Shown: positions 27,270-37,017, numbered from the stretch's first letter. The stretch is DNA of 42,525 nucleotides from Eubacteriales bacterium (GCA_045534395.1 JAZSJP010000111.1:1-42525), one strand, 5' to 3'. Program-made: numbers and translations. The notes: generated by a model from the sequence alone, not told the origin.

Positions 27270-28469
27270 ATGCTTCGAGCAGTTTGGTTAGATCAACAGA
27301 AAAAGATGGTGTCGGATCGGGATTTTCGGATCTTGGAAAAGGCATCGGGTATTTTATTGAATAATATAGCCCCCAACGATCCGGGGACGTTGTGGAATCC
27401 TTATCGCGCCATCGTGCCGTCCATGGCACGTCATCACGCGAAGCCGGACAAACTCCAATTTCCCGGGATTTGGAATTGGGACAGCGCATTCCATACCGTG
27501 GCGGTGGCTCGGTTTGACGGCGCTTTGGCGCAGGAACAGATGGAAGCATTTTTCCTGTTCCAAAAGGAAAACGGGTTGCTGCCCGACGTGATTTACATGC
27601 CCGTTGCCGACAACAGAATCATGGACCAATACGGCAAGCCGCCGGTTTGGGCGTGGGCGTTGGAACGGCTCGATCGTGTCTATCCCGACGACGTATTTCT
27701 GAAAAAAATGTATCCGAAATTGGTTCTCAACGAATCTTTTTGGCGCACCGAACGGTATTGCGCCGAGGACGGCTTGTTCTTCTATTCCACCTCGGAACAG
27801 GGCGAAAATCGGGAGAAATATATCCGTTGGGAATCGGGATTGGACGATTCCATTCGCTTTGACGATGACGTCGTTGAATATTTGTATCCCATCGATCTGA
27901 ACTGTTTTATGATTTCCTTCTATAAATCCATGCAGTATTTGGCATTGCGTCAAGGATTGACGGAAGACGCCGCGAAATGGTACGAGCGGGAGCAGGAATT
28001 GACCCGTCGGGTACAGAAAGTCCTTTGGAGCGAGGAAGATCAATGCTTCTGGGATTACAATTTCAAAGAGAAGGACTTCGTGCGGGTGTTGACGCCGGCA
28101 GCATTTATGCCTCTGTGGGTGGGAATTGCCACTCCTCTTCAGGCGGCGGCGCTGGAAAAACTTGCCGCAGATCCCAAAAAACTGTATCCCTGTATGCCCA
28201 CGGTTTCTTTTGATCATCCCAAGTTGGATCCGGTGGGCTATTGGAGAGGTTCCGTTTGGATGAACGTCGCGTATTTTGCCATTAAGGGACTGTACGATTA
28301 CGGGTTCCGTAAAACCTCCATGGAGATTCGCAACACCTTGTTGGATTGGATGGACAAGGGCGATACCATTTATGAAAATTACAATCCCATTACCGGGGAA
28401 GGGAAATGCGGCAGAGACTTCTCTTGGTCTTGCGTTTTCGCTATGGAAATGATTCTGGAGATGAAATAA
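27270..28469 (+). CDS. GH63/trehalase-like (alpha/alpha)6-barrel glycoside hydrolase
   Basis: 399 aa with WNWDSAFH, GKPPVWAWA, ESGLDDSIRFD, GYWRGSVWMNVAYF and ENYNPITGEG, as in MGH1-like/GH63/GH37-type enzymes. Confidence 0.78.
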   Translation: MLRAVWLDQQKKMVSDRDFRILEKASGILLNNIAPNDPGTLWNPYRAIVPSMARHHAKPDKLQFPGIWNWDSAFHTVAVARFDGALAQEQMEAFFLFQKENGLLPDVIYMPVADNRIMDQYGKPPVWAWALERLDRVYPDDVFLKKMYPKLVLNESFWRTERYCAEDGLFFYSTSEQGENREKYIRWESGLDDSIRFDDDVVEYLYPIDLNCFMISFYKSMQYLALRQGLTEDAAKWYEREQELTRRVQKVLWSEEDQCFWDYNFKEKDFVRVLTPAAFMPLWVGIATPLQAAALEKLAADPKKLYPCMPTVSFDHPKLDPVGYWRGSVWMNVAYFAIKGLYDYGFRKTSMEIRNTLLDWMDKGDTIYENYNPITGEGKCGRDFSWSCVFAMEMILEMK

Positions 28470-29011
28470 TGAAGTGGGTCATTGCTTCTGATATTCACGG
28501 CTCGGCAACCTATTGCGCCGAGTTGCTTGCCGCTTTTGATCGGGAAGGAGCCGACCGTCTGTTGCTGTTGGGGGATCTGTTGTATCACGGCCCCCGCAAC
28601 GATCTGCCTGACGGATACGCTCCGAAAACCGTCATTGAATTGCTTAACGCGCGCAAAGAGATTCTCTTCTGCGTTCGGGGAAATTGCGAGGCGGAAGTGG
28701 ATCAGATGGTCTTGGATTTCCCTGTTTTGGCGGATTATATGCTCCTGTACGAATCGGGCAGAATGATCTACGCCACCCACGGACACCATGCGGGAGAGCA
28801 AAATCCCCCACCCTTCGCCGAAGGAAGCGTGCTTTTGAACGGTCATACCCACGTGCCCGCTTGTAACGACCACGGGGATTGGTTGTATCTCAACCCCGGC
28901 TCGGTCTCCCTTCCCAAGGGAAATTCCCCCCGGGGGTACATGACCTTGGAAAACGGTCACCTGTCCTGGAAGACCCTCGACGGCGAGGTTTGGAGAGAAG
29001 AGAGTTTGTGA
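28469..29011 (+). CDS. yfcE: YfcE-type metallophosphoesterase (phosphodiesterase)
   Basis: Starts MKWVIASDIHGS. Contains LGDLLYHGPRN, GNCE and NGHTH motifs. The start overlaps the upstream stop (TAATG). Confidence 0.85.
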   Translation: MKWVIASDIHGSATYCAELLAAFDREGADRLLLLGDLLYHGPRNDLPDGYAPKTVIELLNARKEILFCVRGNCEAEVDQMVLDFPVLADYMLLYESGRMIYATHGHHAGEQNPPPFAEGSVLLNGHTHVPACNDHGDWLYLNPGSVSLPKGNSPRGYMTLENGHLSWKTLDGEVWREESL

Positions 29012-29020
29012 GGGAGTTAT

Positions 29021-29233
29021 TGTTCTTTTTCTTTTCATGAGAAAAGAAAAAGAACCAAAAAGAAAAGCAAAATTAAGGCGGAATCCTTCCGCCGGAGTAT
29101 TTTTTTAAGAAGATATAAGGTTAAATGCTCCCTTCAATTGACAAAACTTCCGGCGGATAAAATCCGCCGGAAACTCGGCTTTTCTTTCTTTTGGTACTTT
29201 TCTTTCTTTTCTCTTGAAAAGAAAGAAAAGTAC
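29021..29233. repeat. Complete family A repeat element (MITE-like; ~75-bp imperfect terminal inverted repeats)
   Basis: Left module is gttctttttcttttc-atga-gaaaagaaaaagaac + caaaaagaaaagc... + ggcgga-atcc-ttccgcc. An AT-rich centre follows. The right module is inverted: ccggcggat-aaa-atccgccgg + ggcttttctttcttttg + gtacttttctttcttttc-tctt-gaaaagaaagaaaagtac. Confidence 0.88.
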
Positions 29234-29246
29234 ACCCCGCCGCCCT

Positions 29247-30308
29247 CTATTTTCTCACCAAATACTTTCGCATATCAATGGCGCAGGCGATTAAGATAAT
29301 CAATCCTTTAATGACGTACTGAAGGTTGGAATCAATGCTTAAAAAGGTCAAGCCCACGAAGATGATGCGCAGAAGAACCACGCCCAAAATCACGCCTCGA
29401 ATTTTGCCGATGCCTCCGACGAAAGAGACTCCCCCGATGACGCAAGCGGCGATGGCGTCCAACTCGTAATTCAATCCCGTGGCGGCACTGTTGGAGCCAA
29501 TGCGCGCCGCCTCAATAAAGCCCGTGACACCATACAAAATTCCCGCCAGAGTAAAAACCCCCATGATGACGGCGGTGACGTTGACGCCGGAAACCCTTGC
29601 GGCTTCTTGATTGGAGCCGACGGCAAAGATATTTTTCCCGAAGGTCGTCTTGTTCCAAATGAACCACATAATTGCCGTGATTCCGATGGAATAGAAGACG
29701 TAATTGGGCACGGCGGTGGTGCCGATTTTGAAAAAACTACCCGTGATAAATCGGGTATACGCGGGGTCTAAACCCGAAAGAGACTGTCCGTTGTTGCTTC
29801 CGTTCATAAGGTACATGAGAAGCACGCCGAAAAGAATCAGCTGGGTGGCAAGGGTGACGATAAAGGGGTGCAATTTGAATTTTGCTACGCAAAATCCGTT
29901 CACCAACCCCACGATTCCCCCCATGGTAAGGACGATGAGAAGCACCGCCCAAAGGGGAAACGTGGGCAGATTTGGGAACATTTTGTTGGGGTATCCCGTC
30001 ATTTGCAACAGAGAGGCGGAAACGCAGGCGACCAACCCCACCACCCGCCCGGCCGACAGGTCGGTTCCCGTCAGGATAATGCATCCGGCGATGCCCAAAG
30101 CGATGGGCAGATTCGCTGCCGAAAGGGATAAAATGTTCACCAAAGACGGCACCGACAAAAAACGGGGGTCGTAGATGACGATACCCACGATGGCGGCAAC
30201 CAAGAAAACGTAGAGAGAATTGTCAATAATAAATTCGTTTCGTCTCCGACGGCGGTCGTCTTTGGACAACCCTTGCCAATTTCCGAGAGACTGCTTAATA
30301 CTTTTCAT
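29247..30308 (-). CDS. mglC: Sugar ABC transporter permease (MglC-like)
   Basis: 353 aa, about 10 TM helices. Belongs to the branched-chain/monosaccharide permease family (DLSAGRVVGL, GVNVTAVIM...). It is the last gene of the binding protein-ATPase-permease order. Confidence 0.86.
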   Translation of the reverse strand: MKSIKQSLGNWQGLSKDDRRRRRNEFIIDNSLYVFLVAAIVGIVIYDPRFLSVPSLVNILSLSAANLPIALGIAGCIILTGTDLSAGRVVGLVACVSASLLQMTGYPNKMFPNLPTFPLWAVLLIVLTMGGIVGLVNGFCVAKFKLHPFIVTLATQLILFGVLLMYLMNGSNNGQSLSGLDPAYTRFITGSFFKIGTTAVPNYVFYSIGITAIMWFIWNKTTFGKNIFAVGSNQEAARVSGVNVTAVIMGVFTLAGILYGVTGFIEAARIGSNSAATGLNYELDAIAACVIGGVSFVGGIGKIRGVILGVVLLRIIFVGLTFLSIDSNLQYVIKGLIILIACAIDMRKYLVRK

Positions 30309-30377
30309 AATTTACACCTGAATGGAGTGGAGAGTGAAGAGTGGAGAGAAAATATTGAAGAATTAACATTGCGTTTT

Positions 30378-30568
30378 GTCCCGGCGTCCCCCGCCTCGGG
30401 GCGAGGGGGAGGGCGCTTGCGGTGGTGGCGAATTTTGTACTTTGCATTTTTGCACTTTGTCCTGCCGTCCCCCGCCTCAGTGGCGAGGGGAAGGGGGACC
30501 GACGCGCGCGGTAGCGCGTGTTGGTGGAAGGGGCGAATTTTGCATTTTGCACTTTGCATTTTGCATTT
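30378..30568. repeat. Two tandem family B repeats between mglA and mglC
   Basis: Copy 1 spans about 30378-30458 and copy 2 about 30459-30568. Each has CCCCGCCTC(A)G(T/G)GGCGAGGGG..., and copy 2 adds GACCGACGCGCGCGGTAGCGCGTGTTGGTGGAAGGGGC. Both end in AATTT + TGCAYTT heptads that reach the mglA stop codon. Confidence 0.88.
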
Positions 30569-32057
30569 ATACAAACTTCGCTGCAAGGGTCAAAATTTGT
30601 TCCTGAGTGGCGGTTTTGCCGTCTACTTCTCCGGCGACGCGACCTGCAGACATGACTAAGATTCTGTCGCAGATGCCCAAAAGTTCCGGCATTTCTCCCG
30701 AAACCATCAACACCGAGCGCCCTTTGGCGGCAAGGTCGATAATCAACTGATAAATTTCAAATTTTGCCCCCACGTCAATGCCTCTCGTGGGTTCGTCCAA
30801 CAATAAAATTTTCGGGTCGGTGAGCAACCAGCGTCCCAAAATCACCTTTTGCTGATTTCCCCCCGACAAAGTCGCGATGGCAGTGCGGTGAGAGGGCGTT
30901 TTGACCCGTAGGGTGCGAATCATTTTCCGGGTGTCATCCTTCATTTTCCCTTGGTTCAGAATTCCGAAACGGCGATAGGCGGAAAGGTTGGAAATGACGG
31001 TGTTTTCCAAAATATCCCGCACGGAAAAAATTCCCGTGGCGCGGCGTTCTTCCGTCAGAAGGACGAAGCCGTTGGCAATGGCTTCTTTGGGGGTGCGGTT
31101 TTGGATTCGTTTCCCCAAAAGCCGTATCTCGCCGCTTTTTCGGGTAGATAATCCAAAGAGAGATTCCAACACTTCCGTTCGCCCGGCACCGTCCAATCCG
31201 GCAATGCCCAAAATTTCTCCTTCCCGCAGGTCGAAGGAAATATTTTTTAGATGGGAATACCGTCCCGTCAGTTCCCGTACCGACAAAATTGCCTTGCCCG
31301 GCACGTTGGTTTTGGGGGGAAAGCGTTGGGTCAAATCCCGTCCCACCATGAGGCGAATGATTTTTTCCACCGTCAAATTCTTTGCGTCGTGGGTGGCAAC
31401 GGTTTTGCCGTCCCGCATTACCGTCACCTCGTCGCAAATGCGCAAAATTTCTTCCATTTTGTGAGAGATATAGATAATGCCGCAACCTTGTTCTTTCAAG
31501 GATTTTATAATGCGAAACAGTTGCTCCGCTTCACTTTCGGTGAGAGAAGACGTGGGTTCGTCAAAGACGATGACCTTGGCATTATAACTAACGGCTTTTG
31601 CAATTTCCACCATCTGACGGCGGGAGACCGACAACGTCTCCATCACCGCGTTTCCCGGAAGGTCAATGCCCAATTTTTGAAACAATTCCCCGGTGTCTTT
31701 TTGCATTTTTTTCTCGTCTACCACGCCGAGGCGGGTAGGATAGCGACCCAGCCATAAATTGTCCGAAACCGTCCGTTTCAGCGCCTGGTTCAACTCTTGG
31801 TGAACCATGGCAACCCCCTGTTCCAAGGCTTCTTTGGAATTTTTGAATTCCACGGGCGTTCCGTTGAGACGAATCTCTCCCGAATCCTTGGTATAGATAC
31901 CGAAGAGACATTTCATTAAGGTGGATTTCCCCGCACCGTTCTCTCCCATCAGTGCGTGTACCGACCCTTTTTTCAGGGTGAATCGGGCGCGGTTCAGGGC
32001 GTTGACCCCGGGGAACGATTTGCAGATATCGGTCATGGAGAGGAGGATCTCACTCAT
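30567..32057 (-). CDS. mglA: Sugar ABC transporter ATP-binding protein with two ABC domains (MglA-like)
   Basis: 496 aa with Walker [10 protein letters not shown], signatures LSVSRRQ and LSGGNQQK, and duplicated ABC cassettes. Confidence 0.92.
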   Translation of the reverse strand: MSEILLSMTDICKSFPGVNALNRARFTLKKGSVHALMGENGAGKSTLMKCLFGIYTKDSGEIRLNGTPVEFKNSKEALEQGVAMVHQELNQALKRTVSDNLWLGRYPTRLGVVDEKKMQKDTGELFQKLGIDLPGNAVMETLSVSRRQMVEIAKAVSYNAKVIVFDEPTSSLTESEAEQLFRIIKSLKEQGCGIIYISHKMEEILRICDEVTVMRDGKTVATHDAKNLTVEKIIRLMVGRDLTQRFPPKTNVPGKAILSVRELTGRYSHLKNISFDLREGEILGIAGLDGAGRTEVLESLFGLSTRKSGEIRLLGKRIQNRTPKEAIANGFVLLTEERRATGIFSVRDILENTVISNLSAYRRFGILNQGKMKDDTRKMIRTLRVKTPSHRTAIATLSGGNQQKVILGRWLLTDPKILLLDEPTRGIDVGAKFEIYQLIIDLAAKGRSVLMVSGEMPELLGICDRILVMSAGRVAGEVDGKTATQEQILTLAAKFV

Positions 32058-33133
32058 TGCTCCTCACCGGTGTAAATGCCGTAGGGAATCCGTACCTTTG
32101 CCGCCTTTTCGTCTACGGTGTATTCGGAAAGATTTTGCAGAAGGTCGCCTCCTTGCAACGCGTTTTTTATTACGGTTTCCATGCATTCCGCCATTTCCGC
32201 TCCGTCTTGAGTGATGGTTCCCGCCATTTTTCCCGCGCCGATGAGAGATTTTGCCGCATCAATGGCGTCCACGCCGAAGACGGGAATGGTGGTGCTTGAT
32301 TCTGCACCGGTATTGAAGCCCGCCGCTTGCAGGGCGGTAATGGCACCTTCCGCCATGTTGTCGTTGTTGCAGATTACTAACTCAATCATGTTTTTGTTGG
32401 CGGTATTATAGGTGGTCAAAGCGGTAGTCATATATTCGTTTGCCGCTTGGGCAGACCATTTTCCGTCTTTGTCCAAGAGGAATTTGTCTCCGTTGGACGG
32501 GTCGTAGAAGGTCAATTCCGGCTTGCCGGCGGCGGTGAGCTTTTTGTTAGCGTTTTCCACGGAATATCGGGTGCGATAAATGGCTTCGTTGTTCCCTTTT
32601 TCTCCCATAAACATGACGTAAGAGATTTTTCCGTCGCCGTTCAGGTCGGTCTTTTTATAATTTTTGACTAAATAATCCCCAATCATGTCTCCCTGTAATT
32701 CCCCCGCTTCCGTGGAGTTGGTTCCGATATAGACGCACTTGTCGTAACTGTTGACAACATCGTCGGAAACCTCGCGATTAAAGAAAATTACGGGAATCTG
32801 CGCCGAGCGGGCAAGGTTGATGATGCCCGTTGCCGCATCGTCGGAGCCGGTGGTAACGATATTGACCACCAACAGTTTTGCCCCCTTGGTGACAGCGGTC
32901 TGAACCTGTTCCGTCTGAGTGGTCTGACTGTTGTTGGAATCGTAATCCTGATAGGACACTCCCGCATCTTTTAAACGGCGATCCAAAGCGGAGCGGACGG
33001 TGGAGATATAGGTGTCACTGTAGGTGTAATAAAAAACGTGTACGTCGGCATTGCTTTTTCGGGAAGCACAACCCACCAACAGGGGCAGACAAAGGGTCAG
33101 GCACAAAGCAAAAACAATGATTTTTTTCTTCAT
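32054..33133 (-). CDS. mglB: Galactose/glucose-type ABC substrate-binding lipoprotein (MglB-like)
   Basis: The ATG at 33133 follows ggaggaatttgt. Signal peptide with lipobox LLVGCAS, and a periplasmic-binding-protein type I fold pattern. The longer ORF-track start only translates repeats. Confidence 0.88.
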   Translation of the reverse strand: MKKKIIVFALCLTLCLPLLVGCASRKSNADVHVFYYTYSDTYISTVRSALDRRLKDAGVSYQDYDSNNSQTTQTEQVQTAVTKGAKLLVVNIVTTGSDDAATGIINLARSAQIPVIFFNREVSDDVVNSYDKCVYIGTNSTEAGELQGDMIGDYLVKNYKKTDLNGDGKISYVMFMGEKGNNEAIYRTRYSVENANKKLTAAGKPELTFYDPSNGDKFLLDKDGKWSAQAANEYMTTALTTYNTANKNMIELVICNNDNMAEGAITALQAAGFNTGAESSTTIPVFGVDAIDAAKSLIGAGKMAGTITQDGAEMAECMETVIKNALQGGDLLQNLSEYTVDEKAAKVRIPYGIYTGEEQ

Positions 33134-33199
33134 ACAAATTCCTCCGAAAGTTGATTTGCCGTTAGTATATCCAATCCCAAAGGATTTACGCAAAAAAAG

Positions 33200-33418
33200 A
33201 AATGCAACCTTTATTTTGCACTTTGCACGTTGCATTCCCCCGTCCCCCGTCCTAATTTTGCATTTTGCACTTTGCACTCCCCCGCTCTCCCGTCCTAATT
33301 TTGCATTTTGCGCTGCCTTCCCCCGCCTCAGGGGCGAGGGGAAGGGGGACCGACGCGCGCGGAAGCGCGTGTTGGTGGAAGGGGCTAATTTTGCACTTTG
33401 CACTTTGCATTTTGCATT
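33200..33418. repeat. Cluster of family B repeats (four heptad blocks, one full GC-rich module)
   Basis: TGCAYTT-type heptad runs at about 33214-33235, 33254-33277, 33297-33311 and 33388-33417. The full module CCCCGCCTCAGGGGCGAGGGGAAGGGGGACCGACGCGCGCGGAAGCGCGTGTTGGTGGAAGGGGC spans 33320-33385. Confidence 0.88.
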
Positions 33419-34377
33419 CCATCAAACTCTTTCCAAAATTCCAACACTGCCTTTTCATAACCGGGGCGGTTGATATGATAACTCATGCCGTGTTGGGCGC
33501 CGGGAACGATAAAAAGTCGTTTTTCCGACGCACACGCTTGGTAATTTTCGTAAGTCATTTCCACGGGTACGAAGCGGTCTGCGGTTCCGTGGATAAAAAG
33601 GACGGGTACCGTGGCGTTTTTTAAAGCGTCGGGGGCGGTGCATTCTTTGGAGCCCACCTGAAGATTTCGTCGGCACCATAGGTTTGCGTAAACTCCTTGT
33701 AAAAGATAGGGGAGATGGAGATTTTTTTCCGTCACGTACTTCCAAATGGCGTGGGGCGAAGTAAATCCGCAGTCGGCAATGACGCCGCAGACCCGAGACG
33801 GCAGACGCAATCCCGTTGCCATAAGAACCGTGGTGGCTCCCATGGAAATTCCGCTGAGATAAATGGGATGTTTTCCCAAGGTGCGCGCTTGTGCCCACCT
33901 TGCCCATTCCACGCAGTCGTGACGCTCCAGCATGCCGAACCCCATATATTCGCCGCCGCTGTTGTTTTGTCCCCGCTGCTCGACGAAGAGAACGTTGCAC
34001 CGATTTTGAAACCAAAAATCGGCGATAAATCCGAAATCCCGGGACCAAGACGACCGCCAGCCGTGAAGGGCAACCACCGTCCGAAGCGGGGTGGGGTGGG
34101 GGTGCCAATGTCCCACAAGTCGCACGCCGTCTCTCCCGATGACGGAAACTTCTTCAAAGCCGCCGCGCCCTTCCAAATCCGCCGAGGCGGCGGCAATTTC
34201 TTCGGCGTATTCCGTAAACATGTCAGAGCCGGAGACCCACCGTGCGCCTTGTTCCATATGCTTTGGATTTTTACGTGCCAAAATCAAATTCATCATGCTT
34301 TTGGACGTCCCCAAATAAAGACAGCCCAACCCGACGGCGCCCGCCGCCGCACCTAAGCCAACCAAAAAAACGCTCAT
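33385..34377 (-). CDS. Membrane-anchored alpha/beta hydrolase
   Basis: 330 aa with an N-terminal TM helix, nucleophile elbow GISMG, HGTADRFV (Asp) and GAQHG (His). The last 11 codons ([11 protein letters not shown]) and the stop lie in a family B heptad run. Confidence 0.85.
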   Translation of the reverse strand: MSVFLVGLGAAAGAVGLGCLYLGTSKSMMNLILARKNPKHMEQGARWVSGSDMFTEYAEEIAAASADLEGRGGFEEVSVIGRDGVRLVGHWHPHPTPLRTVVALHGWRSSWSRDFGFIADFWFQNRCNVLFVEQRGQNNSGGEYMGFGMLERHDCVEWARWAQARTLGKHPIYLSGISMGATTVLMATGLRLPSRVCGVIADCGFTSPHAIWKYVTEKNLHLPYLLQGVYANLWCRRNLQVGSKECTAPDALKNATVPVLFIHGTADRFVPVEMTYENYQACASEKRLFIVPGAQHGMSYHINRPGYEKAVLEFWKEFDGMQNAKCKVQN

Positions 34378-34458
34378 ATAAAGTCCTCTCGTCGTTGATT
34401 TTTTTAGTTTGTTCCCGGAGAGGCAAAATATGCGAAAAAAATGAAAAATCTAAATAAT

Positions 34459-34486
34459 AATGATCCCCGCTATGAAGGGGATCACT
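34459..34486. terminator. Hairpin in a divergent intergenic region (function uncertain)
   Basis: gtgatcccc-(8 nt)-ggggatcac (written for the minus strand). Confidence 0.35.
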
Positions 34487-34599
34487 ATTGTTTGAAGGTT
34501 TTATTTTTTTATAAAAGAACATATAGTTTTCTACGGAAGTTATAACAAATTTTTAACGATTTATTAAAAAACTTGCTTTTTTGCGGAGAAAGTCTTATA

Positions 34600-35622
34600 A
34601 TGGTAAGGCAAGCCTTTCTCCGAAACTGTGATACGAGAACGGTGATTTGTGTGAGGGTAAAAAAGTCGGCGTATTCCTTGTTGTTTTTGGTCTGTTGTAT
34701 GGTGTCCTTGGTTTCCGTAACGGCGTGTGTCGGGTGGAATTTAAAAAAAACAAACAACGTCACCGTTGAAACGACTCAACCCCCTTCCTCTTCGCTTCCC
34801 AAACAACCTTCCGTAGACGAAAACGGGCTGACGGTAATTTCCGACACCCAAACGGTGCAGAATCTCCTTTTGATCGGGACCGATGCCGCCACCGATTCCG
34901 AACCGTGTCGCTCCGACGCTATGATATTGATTTCCATAAATCACCAAACGAAGCGCGTCGTTGTCTGTTCTTTACTGCGGGATATGCTGGTGGAGGTGGA
35001 AGGGTACGGAAAGACCCGATTGAATTCGGCGTATTCCTTTGGAGGCGCGCCCCTGCTTTTAAAAACCCTGCGGCAAGAATTGAATTTGGACGTTTCTCAT
35101 TACGTCACGGTGAATTTTTCTTCTTTTTCGGAGATTATTGACCGGTTGGGTGGTGTGGAACTTTTTGTGACGGCAGAGGAAGTTCGGGTGTTAAATGGGT
35201 TGATTGCCGAAGTTGATTCGAGCACCCCTCAACTGCCTTTGAAAGACGGAACCTATTGTCTCAACGGTGTGCAGGCGCTTTCTTATGCCCGAAATCGCAG
35301 TAGTTCCATGGGGGATTTTGACCGCACCGGCCGTCAGCGGAAGATTCTTGATTGCTTATTTCAAAAAATGAAACAGGCGTCTGTTTTTGAATTGATGAAT
35401 CTGGCACCGGTGATTTTAAATAACGTATCGACCAATATCCTGTTGCCGCAATGGAATTCCTATCTTTCCGTTATGCCTCAATGCTTGGACTACGAAAAAG
35501 TATATACTTCCATTCCCCAGGAAAAGACGTATTCTCTTGTCACTTATCGGGGAATGGCGGTGATCGACGTGGATTTTGAAACCAATATTCGCTATCTTTC
35601 TCAAGAAATTTATACGGAGTAA
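34600..35622 (+). CDS. LCP-family (LytR-CpsA-Psr) cell-envelope phosphotransferase
   Basis: The ATG follows ggagaaagtcttata. TM anchor present. LLIGTDA...RSDAMILISIN, TRLNSAYSFGG and ALSYARNR...GDFDRTGRQRKIL are LCP hallmarks. Confidence 0.85.
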   Translation: MVRQAFLRNCDTRTVICVRVKKSAYSLLFLVCCMVSLVSVTACVGWNLKKTNNVTVETTQPPSSSLPKQPSVDENGLTVISDTQTVQNLLLIGTDAATDSEPCRSDAMILISINHQTKRVVVCSLLRDMLVEVEGYGKTRLNSAYSFGGAPLLLKTLRQELNLDVSHYVTVNFSSFSEIIDRLGGVELFVTAEEVRVLNGLIAEVDSSTPQLPLKDGTYCLNGVQALSYARNRSSSMGDFDRTGRQRKILDCLFQKMKQASVFELMNLAPVILNNVSTNILLPQWNSYLSVMPQCLDYEKVYTSIPQEKTYSLVTYRGMAVIDVDFETNIRYLSQEIYTE

Positions 35623-35627
35623 TTGTC

Positions 35628-36197
35628 ATGGATCTGATTTACTTGCGCCACGGTCAGACGCAATGGAACCTGGAGCGAAAATTACAGGGAAGAACCGATG
35701 TTCCCTTAAACGACACGGGAATCGAAGGCGCAAAAAAAGCCTTCAAAATCCTGAAAAATTATACCTTTGACGCAATCTATTGCTCCCCCTTGCAACGTGC
35801 CCGTCAAACGTTGCAATACGCCTATCCCGACGCTGACCCGATTTTGGACGAGCGCCTTGCGGAATGGAGCTTCGGTCCCTTGGAAGGACAACCCATGCCG
35901 GCGGATTTTTTCGCCTGTCGGTGGATTTACGGACAACCACCCATTGAAGGTATGGAGCAAATAGAAGATTTGGTTGCCCGCGTGTCTGATTTTTATAAAG
36001 AGGCAAAGGGAAAACACCCCGACGGCACGATTTTGGTAGTTTCCCACGGGGGAATCTCCGGAGCGTTGCACGGTGCCCTTTACGGTGTGAAAGACGGCGA
36101 AAGTTTAAGTCAATACTGCCTTCCCAACTCGGTTCCGGTGCTTTTTCGGGAAGGACAAGCCCCCGTCATATTGCAGGAGGACGAATATGAAGGATAA
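35628..36197 (+). CDS. Histidine phosphatase family protein (phosphoglycerate mutase-like)
   Basis: 189 aa with the LRHGQTQWN catalytic motif, plus SPLQRARQT and VSHGG. Confidence 0.88.
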   Translation: MDLIYLRHGQTQWNLERKLQGRTDVPLNDTGIEGAKKAFKILKNYTFDAIYCSPLQRARQTLQYAYPDADPILDERLAEWSFGPLEGQPMPADFFACRWIYGQPPIEGMEQIEDLVARVSDFYKEAKGKHPDGTILVVSHGGISGALHGALYGVKDGESLSQYCLPNSVPVLFREGQAPVILQEDEYEG

Positions 36198-37017
36198 TAT
36201 CAGCGCTTTTTGTTGTCCTGTCTGCGGAAGCGAAATGCAAAAAGAAGGGAAGACCTTGCGATGCTCTTCCGGGCATTGCTATGATTACGCCAAAAGCGGA
36301 TACGTCAATCTTTTTATGTCCCAACAGGGAGGACTTCACGGCGACGACCGCCCCATGGTTCGGGCGCGCACGGCGTTTTTGACGGCGGGATATTACCGTC
36401 CGTTGTTGGAGACTGTTGCAGCTGCGGTGCTTCCCTATCTTCCCAAAGACCCCAAAATCTTCGATGCCGGGTGCGGGGAAGGGTGGTACACGGAAGCATT
36501 GCACACCCATTTGGAGCAAAATGAATTTTGTCCTCAAAGCGTAGGCGTGGATATTTCCAGAGATGCCTTAACCGCCGCCGCCAAGCGGAATTTTGGCGGA
36601 GAATTTGCCGTGGCAAGTTTGTATCACGTTCCTCTGAAAGACCAATGGGCAGATTTGATTATGAACGTTTTTGCTCCCGATTGTATCGAAGAATTTTCAA
36701 GAATTTTGAAACCCGGCGGAATTTACGTAAAGGCGATTCCTCTGGAAGACCATTTGTTGGAATTAAAGCAAGCCGTGTACGATTCCGTTTACGAAAACGA
36801 GGTAAAGATTTTTAAGCACGACGGATTCACGCTTCTTTCTCAAAAGGAACTTCGGTATACCTTGCATCTTCCTGATGGGGAAACCGTAAAAAATCTCTTT
36901 TCCATGACTCCTTACGCCCGAAAAACCTCTCCCAAGGACATGGAAAAATTGAACCGGCTGGACACTTTGGATACCACCGCGGCATTTTCCGTCTTGCTCT
37001 ATCAAAAGGTATTGTAA
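36187..37017 (+). CDS. rlmA: 23S rRNA (guanine-N1)-methyltransferase RlmA-like
   Basis: N-terminal zinc ribbon FCCPVCGSEM...LRCSSGHCYDYAKSGYVNL, followed by a SAM-methyltransferase fold (FDAGCGEGWY). Confidence 0.78.
   Translation: MKDNISAFCCPVCGSEMQKEGKTLRCSSGHCYDYAKSGYVNLFMSQQGGLHGDDRPMVRARTAFLTAGYYRPLLETVAAAVLPYLPKDPKIFDAGCGEGWYTEALHTHLEQNEFCPQSVGVDISRDALTAAAKRNFGGEFAVASLYHVPLKDQWADLIMNVFAPDCIEEFSRILKPGGIYVKAIPLEDHLLELKQAVYDSVYENEVKIFKHDGFTLLSQKELRYTLHLPDGETVKNLFSMTPYARKTSPKDMEKLNRLDTLDTTAAFSVLLYQKVL

Noticed and set aside
15322-28217. Other long antisense or out-of-frame ORFs: 15322-16449 -, 17426-18415 -, 19114-19944 -, 21328-22731 -, 24898-25614 -, 27354-28217 -, and 26001-26561 +.
   Set aside because: Each lies opposite or inside a confidently identified gene (aconitase, IDH, DnaD-like, DMT transporter, ferredoxin protein, GH63-like, collagen-like). 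Each has a skewed amino-acid composition rich in Gly, Arg and His.
30295-30606. ORFs of 76-128 aa on both strands in the mglA-mglC gap, and similar ones at 33051-33624.
   Set aside because: They are translations of the family B repeats ([10 protein letters not shown]-type peptides generated by the TGCAAAR heptads). The same peptides appear wherever the repeat occurs, in either orientation.
32054-33403. The 449-aa version of the MglB ORF, the 567-aa version of the GH lipoprotein ORF (to 14756), the 264-aa Crp ORF (to 24941), and the 305-aa ParB ORF (to 11690).
   Set aside because: In each case an internal ATG with a good Shine-Dalgarno sequence begins a canonical N terminus (signal peptide, MKKGLGKGLDALL, and so on). 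The upstream extensions cross repeats, a parS site or promoter DNA.
4569-33418. Whether the two repeat families are CRISPR arrays.
   Set aside because: There is no regular repeat-spacer periodicity. The copies are dispersed over 30 kb in both orientations, are internally palindromic on a scale unlike CRISPR repeats, and have no adjacent cas genes.
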